NCBI RefSeq assembly: GCF_038025025.1
Contig: NW_027117346.1
Coordinates: 1,426,001-1,490,000, forward strand
DNA length: 64,000 bases
Reading direction: 5' to 3'
Source of the DNA: Phyllosticta citribraziliensis
Lineage: Eukaryota
The first letter of the stretch is position 1, and each line of letters starts with the position of its first letter. Both the position numbers and the translations under genes were made by a program. The notes beneath the pieces are model-generated. The model was not told where the DNA came from, did not search any database, and saw nothing but the letters and a program-made list of their open reading frames with translations. Shown one piece after another: positions 49,744-62,304 of this stretch.

Positions 49744-51507
49744 TTTTATATTTTTTTAAAATTTGGACCAAGGGGATGCGGGTGGTTTTGGGAAGCGGCC
49801 GGGAATATCTCAGTCAGTCGACGGAGAAGGCTCGGCAGGGTTTCGAATCTGTGCGGTGCGGTGCGGTGCGGAGGCGAGCGAGGGCACGGGAGCCGAGCAG
49901 GCACACGAGACGCTGGAGATGATAAGATGGAAGCCCTTAGGACCACGCGATGGGCATCAACGGAAAAGTCGAAGAGGGAGCAGGGAAGGGAGAGAGGGGA
50001 GAGGAGAAAAGGAAAAAACAAAAAACAAAAAAAAAAAGACAGGTAGAGACCAGCCCCAGTTGGCGCCAATTGCGCGTGGCGGATCGAAGCCGCAACCCCA
50101 ATCCCAAAGGAATTGGTTCTGTGCCACAATGCCACAATCTCGCAGCCGGGCGGCATGCATGACATGATGCAGTCGGAGACAGACGAAAAGCGTCGTCAGG
50201 CCTTGTGCGGCTCGACGACGGGGATTGGCCTGCAAGTGACAGGGTGGTTGTTCGGCTGCCCTGTCGTGGGGCCACAGCGCAGCACCCGACGCTCAGGTCC
50301 AGTCTGGGGGCTCCGGTCGTCATGTCATGCACGAGGGGCGGGCAGTGGAAGGGAGAGCGAGCGAGCGCGAGAGACGTGACGGCAGTCGAGCAGAGTCGCA
50401 GACAATAAAGGAAGCACGCTCCAGGCACACAGCCGTCACCGTTTCAGCCAGGATGAGGTGCATCATCTTCAGAAAGGTTCTAGGACCTGTCCTGTGCGTC
50501 ACCTTTCGGCCTTGCCAAAAACGATGCAAGGAAGCCAAGCGGATGCACGACTAACTAATGTACGGTACAGTGCTTTAGCGATGGCTCAGGGCCGTCCTCC
50601 GTCTTTTCGTTCCTCCACCACCACACCACACCACACCAACCCTCCGTACTCTACCTACGCAACCACCCCACAGGACTCGACTCGCCTCGCCTCGCCGCTG
50701 CGCTCGCTGCTGCCATCATCGCCCTGCTCTGCCCTGCTCCGCTCCGCTCTGCTCTGCTCTGCTCGCTGCCACACCGCCCGCCGGCCGCCAAAGCCGCCGC
50801 CGCCCCAGACCCCCGCCCCTTCGAGAAGCCAGCCGCCACGTCAAACTCCAGCCGTCCAGGGTGCAGCGCAGCACAGCAACCATCGCCATCTCTCCACCCA
50901 CGCACCGCAGCTGGCTGGTGTCGAAGGCCTAGGCTGGCGGGCAGCTCAACCAAGTCCACGTCGTCGACTCAAGCCAAGCCAGCAGAGGGGGAGGTCCAGG
51001 TCCAGGTCCAGGTTCAGTTCCTTCCGGTCCGGCTGGCGGCTTCCGTCCAGGTCGCAGTTGCATCTCCAGACACCACACCCACGCACGCGTGCCCCGATCC
51101 CGCTTGGCACCCTAGCCCGCTTTGGGCCTAGCGCCCTATCGTTCCAACTCTCGCCTTTCCTCGACGTCGGCTCCCTCCAACCGTGAGTCTCCCCAACCTC
51201 TGTTCGCCCATTGCGCCCTTGCTGCTGCTCGCCCACCCATCCAATGCCCCTTCTTCGCTCCCGTCTCGTCCTTTTCATGATCTGCTCCATGAGTGTCTGA
51301 AGCCCCGGCGTTGTGCACCTGTGCCCTCGGCACTTTTTCAGCCGTGTCGACCAGTGCCCGCGTACACACCTTGATCCCCCTCCAGTCCCATGGTTGACTG
51401 ACCAGCGTCGTTTAGGCCCTCGCCGGCACTCGGGCGCACATGCTGGCATCCTAATAGACATTGCAAGGATATTTTCCCATCATTCATCACTTCTTCACAG
51501 CCGGAGC

Positions 51508-54500
51508 ATGTCATCAAGATACCCTTCCAACGACTCGAGATACACTTCGCGTGACCGGACCCCGCCTCGGTATACAGACAGACGACCATCCGTAGCTCAC
51601 GGTTCCAGCTTTGTTCCTAGAAACGATGACGTCAGCAGTTCCAGGACCTATCCCGACTCCATCAGCGGTTCCGCATCTCGAGACGTTCCACGAGGACCCA
51701 AGGCCCTCGCCGACTCTGCTCGAGGTCCACCGCCTGGCGGAGGCTCATCGGTGCCTGCCGGACCACGGGGTCGCGGTTTCGGAGGACGATCCGAGTACCG
51801 CGAATTGAGAGACGCTCCCCCGCTGAGTGACGGCCGAGGGGGCTCGTCCTGGCGCGGATCGGATCGAGACCGTCACTTTGACAGACGCGACAGAGCCATT
51901 TCGCCCCGTGCAAGATCACCTGGCAGAGACTCGCGCGACTCGCGCGACTCACGAGACTTTCCGCCAAGAGAGCTGGACATTGACCGCGCAAGACGAAGTG
52001 GAAGGGATGGTCCTCCATCAGCAGGTTCCAATTACTCCGACCCTCCCTCTAGCCAATTTGGCTTTTACGGTGGACGTGGAGGATTTGGTGGCCGCGGTCG
52101 CGGCAGGGGTGATTGGGATGATCGTGGCCGAGGAAGAGGTTCCTTTGCCGACAGAAACTCGTTCAGGCCGCGAAGCAGATCGCCTCGCCCGCGCTGGGAA
52201 AAAGACTCGAGGGACGACCGCATCAGCGACAGACGGGATGATCGCAGGTTTGATCGCCGAGACGACGACCGTCCATTCTACAGAGATGACCGCGAGGTGG
52301 ATCGATACAAACGAGACCCCGGCCCGAGAGATGCAGACATCCGCCGGGCGAGCGTCGTTACCGAAGGACGATATGGACCGACGCCAAATTCGACCACGCA
52401 CCATAGCCCTCGCCATGCCTCCATCTCCGTTGGCCATACCAACAATTCGGCGCCCGACCTGACCAGAGACTTGCTGCCCAGCAGACGAACCTCGGTTGCG
52501 CAAGAGCCAAGCTCGACAAAAACCCATTCGGACAAACCAGAGTACATTGCCGCTCGCGCAGAGGCATCGCGAGACCGTTATGGTCCACGCGCCTCTTCCC
52601 CACCGCCTTCCGCCCCACAAGTTCCCGCATTCGGATCCGTAGCGTCGTTCCAGAAGCCTGCTACTACTTTTAGCACTCCCACCTCGAACGTGTGGAGGCC
52701 CCCACCGCAGCCGCCCACGTCCTCGTCCGCCTCTGCTCCAGCGAAAATCCCTCCAAGCGCACCCAAAGCTCCATCATCCATTCCGCCTACCGCACCGACA
52801 GGACCAAAAGCATCTCGGCCGCTGGAGAAGCCTGTCGAAAAGCCCGTCGAGCCTCCAGCAAGCAGTCCCGTCAAGGAGCTAGCCAAGTCGAGAACTGAGA
52901 CTCCTCCAGCACCGTCAAGTCAACTTCTACCAGCCCCTCGGGTTGCTTCTGCGGAGCCTCACGATGCTCTGTCCCGCTCTCGCCCGCCGTCCCCACCAGC
53001 TGTACCTCCAACAGGTCCTGCTGCATTACAACCGCGGCTCCCTGCGACCGTTCCTCCCACTGGCCCTCGCGGACTCGTCTCTCCTCAACAGCCGCACAGC
53101 CGTCTCGTTCCTCCTCTCGGACCACCTCGGGATGTTGCCTCTTCGAACATTCCTCTCGGTCCCAGAGCGACGGTGCCCTTTAGCACTCCGCCCCGAGGAC
53201 CCTCGGCAGGCCCAGTCCCTCCTCCTGGTCCCGCGATCCCTACTGGCCCAAAAGCTGACCGTGCACCGCCTGCCGGACCACGTGCTGCCTTGGGACCAAA
53301 CAATGCTCGGCCGCCGATGATGGGCGTACCTGGCCGGAATCTGCAGTGGATTCGGCCTGATGCGCCGCGATATGGTCGTCCCAGCCCTGTTGTGCCTGCG
53401 AAGCGCGACTACGACGGCGACGAAAAAGACAGGGGCTCGTCTTCAAGACCAAGGTCTCCAGCTATCCCAATGGGCTCGCCTGTGTCGGGACCAGCAACCC
53501 CTTCGCCTGCCATTGCTGCTGAGCCCGTTGCCCAGAGGAGAAGATCTGCCGGTGAAATTCGTTCTCGTGATGAGACTTCGTCGTCCATCGCCCGCCGCAA
53601 TTCCGCTTTTGCCTCTTCAGATCCAGTCAAAACAGAAGACTCGCCCCCACCTCCGTTATCCAAACAGGAATCGCAGTCTGACGAAGCCAGTGAAGACGAT
53701 GATGAGATGGACCTTGACGATGAAGATTTCTTTGGTCAGAGCAAAATTACCTATGAGCGTGAAAAGGCCCGTCTAGAAGCTCGTTTGAAAAACTTGCAAG
53801 ACGCAAGTTTACGTTTTCTTGTACCGTTACGTTCATTGTTAAGATTGTCGCGCGTCGCCGACGCACACATCCCTCAGCCAGACCCAGTCGTGGCGCCCGA
53901 GCCAACCCCCGCCGTGGAGACCGTTCCAGAACCGGAAAGAGTCGAGCAACCTGCTATCGAGGAAGAAAAGCAAGAAGAGCCTGATGTGTCAATGGAGGAT
54001 GAGAAAGAGGACAAGGCGTCACCTGTGGTCGAGACGCCGGCCGCACCCGAACCCGAACCTGAACCGTCAAAACTTCCTACACCAAAAGCAGATGAGCATG
54101 AAGACGTAGAGATGCCAGACTTGGTTGCGCATCGTGCAGATGAAGACGTTGAGGACGAGACATCATCGACGTCGGAGGATTCAATCACCGAGGCACAATT
54201 ACAGTCGCTTCCATACCTTCACCGCGGACCTCCCACTCCTCTTTCTGATCCTGATCAGGAGGCATTCGGATTGAAGCCAAACGTCTTGGCGTCCATCAAA
54301 GGCAAGCTATTTGAGGCCTGTCAGGCGGAAAGAGAATTCCAAGATTCTGCGCTGCAGACCTTTAGAGTCGTCTACAAAGAATGGGGGCTCGAGACGGCAC
54401 AGCGCGAAAAGGAGCTTGTGGCCAGGGAAGAAAAGGAAAAGACGGAAGAGCAAGAGACGGCCGTCTCGCCCATTGAGCCACCAATTGGAAATCAGCCCGT

Positions 54501-57500
54501 CATTCGGCAACGGCACGTGACTGATTACGACTTGGAAAACATCATGAAGGAATCGATGAGGCTGGAAGAAGAAAGAAAGGAAAAACAGCGCCGCGAAGAA
54601 GAGGCCAAAAATCCTTTCTCGGGCGGCCAAGCCCCGATTCCCGACATGCTCCCAGATGACGAGTTGCGGCGCTGCAAGTTCGTCAACACCAACCGTCTGC
54701 GCGAGCCGAGCAAGGGCATCATCACCTTTGGTTTTGAGCCTCCCGACGACGACTTCTCTCCCGAAGAGCACAAGGCGCTCGTGGTTGCATACCACCAAAC
54801 ACCCAAAGATTGGGGTGAAATTGCCAAGGCGCTTCCTGGTCGCGACTTTAGAGAGTGCATTGCCCACTACTATTCGACCAAGTGGAATGGCGAGTACAAG
54901 CCGCCCACTGGCAGGCGCAAGGCAAAGCGCAAGGCACCAGCCAACCCTCGCAAGACGAAGCCACCGTTCGCTAGCACCGAAAAGGACGACGTCACGGGTG
55001 AAGACGGTGCCCCAGCTACGACGACAGAAAGAGGGAGACCTCGGCGTGCTGCTGCGCCAACCTTTGGCGACAAGGAAGTTCAGGAGCATGAGCACGCCAC
55101 GCCAACCCCTACACCCGGACGCCAAAGAGGCACATCGACGCGGGGCGAAACCGTGGAGCCAACGACGGAGAAGCCGACTAAGAGACAGCGGGCAACCAAG
55201 GACAAGAGCAACAAAAAGTCGCGAACACAAAACCTTGCACCGGCGCCGTCAGCCTCTCCCCAAAAAATGGACCGGGATATCAAGGACATGTACCAGACAG
55301 AGGTACCTGGCGATCTTTCCCACCTGCCGCGCACCTCGGAAGACCCTGGCATGCTGCCGGCGCCTTCTCAACTCGAGATACCTCACCTCGGTCCAGATGC
55401 GCCTATGCTGCATCCTGCCGGTGCACCAGAGCCTGCCGAGCGACCAAGGGCGCGAACGGCTAATTCCCGTGCCGGAGGCATGTCAAGTTACTGGTCTGTC
55501 AATGAGTCGACCGACTTTCGAAACTATCTGCATTACTTTGGAACCGACTTCGCTGCGATCGCGCGGCAAATGGGGACCAAGACCCCTGCCATGGTGAGTT
55601 TTTAACGGTAATTTTCTATCATTGCTGACGAATGCAGGTCAAGAATGAGTACACTCGAAAGACGGACACAGGCAAAAATCATGAGTTGGTCGAGATCGCA
55701 CAAACTGCAGACGAGAAGAGGAAGCGCGGAGAAGACATGGGCCAGCCACCTGCACCGACTGCAACGACCAAACGCCGTGATTACAGTTCTCAGCCTCCAA
55801 TTCCCCGCACATTGGCTCCGACGCCAACTGACGCCGTTGAAGATTCGCGGTCTCCAACCAAACAGCCAGAAGTCCCCCCGCAAACGTCGTCTCCTCACCC
55901 CCAGGCCATGTCTCGTTTCCCCCCTCTGGCTCAAGCTGCGCCTCCAATGTCGACGGCTGCAATCCAACCTGCTGTATCTGGCCCAGCTGCAACTCAAGCA
56001 CCGCCCCATCATCACGGCTATGCCCGGCCGCAACACGATGCCCGCGGTCCAGCTCGAGGTTACTTTTCTCAGCGAGAGCCTACGCGTCCGCCTCTAATCC
56101 AACCCGAGATGCGACAGCACGCTCCTGAGCCGATGCGTGATATTCATCCTGAACATCACCAAATGCCTTTTGGCCAAAGCATGCCGCAACCGATGCAAGA
56201 CCAGCGGTACCCTCGCCTTGCTGTCGACCATCGTGAGCGGGAGGCTATGCCAGAGCCTGTGACGACTGCCCTACACCCTCAGGCTAGCTTTCGGACAGGC
56301 TCGAAGCATCTTGTGCGCGATCCCCGTTCCGACCCTCCCACTCCCAACACGGAGCCTCGACCGCCGGTGCATCTCACTGCCATTCCCCGTCAGCCTCCGC
56401 CGCTTCGGCATCTCGTCGAGACTCCCAGTCAACTTCCAGTTGCCCAAGGGCCGCCACACCATGTTTCTCGACCGTCGTCGCCCAAGAGAGAAGAGCCACA
56501 ACCGCCCTTTGTCTCTCAAGCTCCAACGCCAGCTCAGGCACCACCTCGTCCCGCAGAGCCACCAAGGAGGTCCAATCTAGCCGACTTGCTGAATCCCGCC
56601 TCGTCGGAGCCATCGAAACCCAAAGAGCCAAAGCTCGAGGAGCGCCCAAGTGTTGTCCCACAGGAGCGACCGTTTTCAGCTCAAGGCAGGCCAATCCGGC
56701 AGACGGGTCCTCCGCCTCAACCGGCCTCCATGGCTTCCAGCTCCCCGGCATTCCACCGTGGGGAACTCTATGTAGAATCTCCCAAGCCTGGAAGTCCTTT
56801 TGCCAGGCCTGCTTACATCCAGCCGCCCACTCAACAGATGTCGGTTCCACCATCCTCGCGTCGTAACATGGAACCTGTTCGCGAGCAATCTCAGCCACCG
56901 CCGGCCCGCGACTGGGCTCGTCCATCCTTTTCTCAACCTCCGCAAAGCAGCTCACCCCACCCTGCCGCCATGCAAACCCAGCCCCCTCTGACGATTGACA
57001 CTCGGTCTCAACAGTTCCAAGGCAATCACCGTGCAGCTCTGTCTCAGTTGAATGGACAGCAACGCAACATGCATTCTCCGACGCCTTCGCACACGCCTGT
57101 TGCGCATTCTCGTACGCCGTCATATTCTCACGCGCAGCCCGCCCGTCAGCAGGCCCCGACGCCAATTCCCCACGGTGTTCCTGCCGCGCCCAGCCCGGCG
57201 AGGGAGATGGCGCCAGGACCCGTCTTGCAGTCGAATCCCTATGCACAAATGACGCCCCCGCAAAATATCCAGCAGCCAGCGGCGCCACTCGCACAACAAA
57301 TTGGACGGAACGAAGCGCATAGCCGCAATCTATCGTACAATCGCGCCGATGAGAGGGCGTATGATAGTGTTCGTGGCCGGGATCGGGCGCTGATGGAGCA
57401 AGAGAGGCGCGAGTATGAGTTTGCTCGGGAGCGCGAGGTCCAAGTACAGTCGATTGCCCAAGCAAGAGCAGTGCAAGCGCAGGCCGAAGCGCAGCGCCAT

Positions 57501-58249
57501 GATGCACTCATGCAGCAGCATTACTTGCGCCAACCGACGCCGACCCAGGCAGACCAGGCGGCCGCTCGCTACTCGTCTGCTGGCCCAGGTGGCGTCCAAG
57601 GCCCCTCTCGCGGCTCCGCCCATACGCCCACCAGCCACATGGGCTACCCGCCTCCCCCTGCTCCACCTGGAGGCCCTCAGCTCGGTCTCCCGCCCCCAGG
57701 CCCAGCCAGCCAGCAGGATCGCCACGCGCCTCCACACCACAACTTTCCCTCGCCGTTCCCCTCGGCCGCACAACGAGGCTTTGAGGCTATGACGAGGGCC
57801 GAGGAGGCCCAGTATCTGAGGCAACAAGAAGCCCAACACGTCCAGCATGCTCAGGCCCACGCCGCTCACGCTCAAGCTCAAGCACATGCTGATCAGCGCT
57901 ACCGCGAGGAAGCTGCTGCGGCCCAGGCCGCCCACCAACACGCCGCCCAGCAAGCCCAAGCTCAAGCAGTGCAGCAGCAACAAATACAACAACACCAACA
58001 GGCAGCCGCTGCTCACGCGGCTGCTGCAGAGCAAGACCTTCACTTGCGCCGCAACCACGCGCATGCTGCCCACGCCGCCGCCGCGCACCACCACTCGCAG
58101 CAGCAGCAACAGCCGCCTCTGTCGGAAGCCTTGGCGGATAAGGAGCGCCGTGATCGTGACCACCGAGACCGCGAACACCACCACCGCGCCCGCCAGAGCC
58201 AGGCCCAGGCCGAATTCCAAATGTCGGTGTCGGCAGCAAGGGCTCAACA

Positions 58250-58284
<35 letters not shown>

Positions 58285-58448
58285 AACAGCAGCAGCAGCA
58301 GGCCCAAGCGCTCCAGCAACACCAACAGCACCCGCATCAGCCGGCTGACATGCGTGAGTGGCAACGCATTCGCGATCGTGATCGCGATGTTTTTGGTGGC
58401 CGGGACGGGCGAAGCGGCTTGTTTGGGCCAGGGCCGAGGAAAGCATAG
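51508..58448 (+). CDS. SNT1: Large SANT/Myb-domain corepressor, Set3C/NCoR-like (Snt1), 2 exons
   Basis: ATG 51508. SANT1 FSPEEHKAL...PKDWGEIAKALPGRDFRECIAHYY; SANT2 SSYWSVNE...FGTDFAAIARQMGTKTPAM|VKN spans intron 55594-55637. RD/RG-rich N-terminus, PxGP[RK] repeats, Gln-rich tail. Confidence 0.85.
58245..58301 (+). repeat. CAG/CAA polyglutamine tract in the SNT1-like gene
   Basis: Uninterrupted run of about 19 Gln codons. Confidence 0.9.
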
Positions 58449-58936
58449 ACTTTCTATGATTCGGTGACAATGCTAGGTGGTATGGGCCACCGTCGTTGAG
58501 CACGAGAAAAGCGATGATTTTTGTGATCCTTGTCCGCTGTCAAAAACACTTCTGTCTGGATTGACGGGTGTCGACAGCTTTACAGTGCGGTGTGGTGTGG
58601 TGTGGCTTCAATACCGCCATGCCGCGTGTGTATTCTATCTAGATTCCTGAGACGTGTGTGGTACCGGTGGTGAGGTGTGTGTATGTTTCGTTTTTGGGCA
58701 GGGCTGCGCTCGTTCCTTGGGTACCTTTCGTATCGGTACGGTCATGGGAAGGAGGAGCCTTTGTTTCTTTTAGAAGCGGGTGATGAATGAGGGGATTGTA
58801 AGTGGAATGTTTGGTCGGTCGGTCGGTCGGTGGGATGGCTCGTTGTCGCCTTTTTATCGCTGAACCTGTATATAAATACATCAAGCGAATGAGATGAGTC
58901 GTGATGAGATCCGAGAAGTACACTGTTGTTGCCCAT

Positions 58937-59151
58937 CACAGTGGGTGTCAAAAGAAATGAGGCTCTCCTGGTCTGTCTGCTGCAATGAACGACCACTTCC
59001 TAAGCGCATGTATAGGTGTATGAATGCTCCTTAAGCACAGGCGGAGTAGTGAATGAATGCTCCTTGAGCGCAGGCGAAGCAGCGAATGAACGCTCCCTAG
59101 ACACACTTGTTGTATTGCCAGGAGTTGTAATTTCTTTCGACACCCACTGTG
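58937..59151. mobile_element. MITE copy 2 (215 bp), 22-bp TIRs starting CACAGTG, 4-bp TSD CCAT
   Basis: Ends cacagtgggtgtcaaaagaaat ... atttctttcgacacccactgtg (1 mismatch); ccat at 58933-58936 and 59152-59155. Confidence 0.93.
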
Positions 59152-59650
59152 CCATCGCTGCAGCAGTGATACCTGTGAGGCTGTGCGCTCCACTCATCAT
59201 CTGTGGTTGAGGGGTTTAGCAGACATTATCATTTTTTGGTTTCTTCGCTTTTTGTTGTTGTGTAAACACTCCCTACTCCTGCCGGCCGGTGTGTGCGACT
59301 GCTGACGCGCCATCAGCGACGTGGTGCGCCGAATCGCTCCATCTCGTCATCTTCCGTTAGTTTCCCCCGTCTCTTTTCTTCTTTCTTCTTCCCTCATCCC
59401 AACAGAAAAAGCATGCGTGGATGCATGCCAGCCTTGCCATGCCACGCTGAACAAAAAAAGAAAAAACAAGAAAAAACAAAGGCCTTCGCCCCCACTCCGC
59501 TACCCTACAAACGGCCGTAACGAGTAATGAAAAGTCTCATCAGCATCACTCCCTCATTCACACCTTACAGCATCTCCTGTCCTTCCCTCTTCATGAAACA
59601 TTCCATCATCACTTTCTCCAAGTCAGCATCACCTCCTCTCTTATCTCTTT

Positions 59651-62304
59651 TCACTGGTGGCCAATGTTCAAATCACTCAAAACACCATCCACCTGTTCGC
59701 GTTCGGCGTCGCCGAGGTGGTCGATCAAGTCCTGCCCGGCGTCAACGATTCCGTCTATCAGGCCTGCGAGCGGGTTGGCTGGAGTGCTGGTGGTGGTCGT
59801 GCTGGTGCTGGTGCTGGAAGGAGGGGTGGTGGCAGTGGCAGAGGCTGGTGGTGCTGTTGTTGCTGTGCTGGGCGGGGTGACTGACGATGCTGTTGATGGA
59901 GTGGCCGATGGCGTCGATGAGGATCCGGTGGAAGACGAGGATGCGTCGGCTTTGATGAGGTCGGCGGCCTAGATTCAAGTGCGCCAGCACGGCGCTGCAG
60001 TCAGTGAATGCTCCAAGACAGCAAGAAAGGAGGGGCAAGGAATAGCTGGTAAAGTGTCGTCCCGATGGGGGCTTTATCATCTCACCTTTTCAGCAACGCC
60101 GTAAATGCAAGCCTGCAAGTGCGCGGCCGGAATCATGGGCATCACGCTTCCGTCGACGATGCGCAGGTTCTGCGTGCCGTACACCTTCAGGCGGGCATCG
60201 ACGACGCCGCCCAGGTCGAGCGGCAGCATCGACGCCGTGCCCGTCGGGTGGTACTCGGTGAAGATGCCCTGCTTGATGAGCGTCATGAGCTGCGCGTCGT
60301 CGGCGACCTGGGCGGCCGTGGGGTACGACTCGGACGGCTGCAGCTCCGCCATGGCGTCCGTGGCCTGCAGCCGCGAGTTGAAGCGCAGCGCCTCCATGAA
60401 GAACTGCAGGTCGATGGGGTTGCTGCCGTAGCGGGGGTCGATGACGGGAGTGTCGAAGGGGTTCCTGCTGCGGATGCGGACCTGGCCGCGGCCGAAGGGC
60501 CGCATCACGCTGTACGTCAGGTGGCCGGCGTTGTCGTTGAGGATCTCCAACTGGCTGCGGTTCTCGTTCTGCAGGTTGGCGACAAGGAGCGCCTTTTGCT
60601 TTTCGTAGCCTGCAATCACCGTGTCGTCGAGGTTGTCGGCGAGGTACTGTCCGCTGGTCTGCCCCTGAGCCGAGCTCGCAATGGTGCTGTAGTTGGTCGT
60701 CATGGACTTGAGCGACGGGAACGCGACGCCGTTGGGTGCTCCAGCCGTCCAGGGGCCAGTTTGGCTGCTGTAAAACTCGTTGCGGTTTGATACGTCAGCA
60801 ACGGAGTCGGCGCCGTACGATTCGCAGACGGGGAAGCTTTCGTTGCCGTAGGGGGCGTATGTCGCGATCTGGAAGTGATCCTGGTAGTTGTTTCCAACGC
60901 CAGGCAGATCAACGGCCGTCGTCACGTTCATCGACGACAAGAAGGATTCGTCACCGATACCAGACAGCTGGAGCAAAAGGGGTGTGTGGATGGCACCGGC
61001 GGCCAAGATGACTTCACGGCGGGCAGTGATGTTTTGGCGCGTAGCACCGGCATCAGTACCGTACTCGACGCCAGTGATGCGGACGTTGGGCAAGGCGCGC
61101 TTCTCCTTCTTCTCGCGCTTGGGCATAGGCCTAGGGGGAGAACGCTTAACCTTCCGGAGACCAAAGAGGTCCTTCAAGCTGCCAACGGGCATCAAGTTGA
61201 AAATGTTAACGTTCTTGGACAAGACGTTGACCAACGAGTTGAGTTTGAGACCAGGGTGGTCACCTTGACCCCGCGAAGTCGTGCGGACAGAGGCTTCGTT
61301 GGCGGGCTGCACAACGTTCTCAATGTTGAGCTTGGTGACGAACTGGCCGTTGGAAATGTAGAGGTTGTCCCTGGACGCGACGGGGTCGTACAAGGCTCTC
61401 CGCGCGTCTGATCGAGTCTTGGACGTGGGATCCATGGACATGGGCAAAAAGGAGTTGCCAGCCGACTGTCCGTTGTTGGGATCAGAGGAGTCGGTGGGCA
61501 CGCCGAGTTCATTCAGGGCGGCATAGACGTTTTGTGTGGCAGGGTAGAAGTACCCCTGGAAGCTGACGTTGACTGGCCCTGAAGTCCCATGAACACTAGA
61601 GTCCGTTGCCGGGATCGAGTACCCTGAGGCGTCCGAGGCAGTGACGTCGGTGGCGAATTTCTCATTCTAATACAGTCAGTATAAGACTACGCTTGACAGC
61701 CAAAGGCGGTCGCGGTCAGGGGGTCGGATGTTTACCTTTTCAAAGTACTGCAGCATATTATCCCAGTTCCAGCCGTCGTTACCCAGGGTCTCCCACTCAT
61801 CATAGTCTCCGGCGTTGCCCCTGTTCCACAAGAAACCGTTGATCAGGGTGCCACCGCCAATTCCACGGCCGAGCGGATAGTGACGAGTTGCTCCATCGAG
61901 CGAAGTTTGCTCTTCGGTTCCAAAGTTCCAGTCGTAGTCAAGGTGTCCCGAGAGTGCTTCTGCAGGAGGCGAGGGATCGTTGCCCATAAAGTATGGTACA
62001 CGGATCCACTCCTCATTCTGATCCGAGGGCCCGGCTTCGAGAATGAGGACTGTCACGCTGGAGTCCTCGGTCAATCGGTTGGCTACAGTCAATCCACTTG
62101 CGCCTGATAGGGTCAACTGAAGCTCTATTGAGCTGGTCCGTGAGACTCACCACCACCGACAACTAAAAAGGTCAGCCAAATACTCGGGTGTCCAGTAGAC
62201 AGTCACTTACTAATATAGTCATACTCATCCAATAGGGTGTCATTAATCGGCCGTGCCAGGGAAGGAAGTGCAACAGCGAGCAAAAGAGCGAGCTGCGAAA
62301 ACAT
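59651..62304 (-). CDS. Secreted GMC oxidoreductase (AA3_2-like) with Ser/Thr tail, 5 exons
   Basis: Signal peptide MFSQLALLLAVA; YDYIIVGGGASG built via a 12-nt micro-exon (62151-62162); GRGIGGGTLIN, EVILAAGAIHTP, PGVGNNYQDH, YHPTGT and PAAHLQ (His/His pair). Introns 62163-62210, 62104-62150, 61667-61735 and 59969-60085. Confidence 0.93.

Noticed and set aside
50060..50105. tRNA-like T-loop (gcggcttcgatccgc on the minus strand)
   Set aside because: No acceptor, D or anticodon arms; lies in the DYS1/SNT1 divergent promoter.
51313..51507. N-terminal extension of SNT1 from the TTG in the ORF track
   Set aside because: Non-ATG start in a eukaryote; ATG at 51508 (MSSRY) is the plausible start.
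54307..58503. Long antisense ORFs (307, 377, 344, 238 aa) opposite SNT1
   Set aside because: Expected shadow ORFs of GC-rich, repetitive coding sequence.
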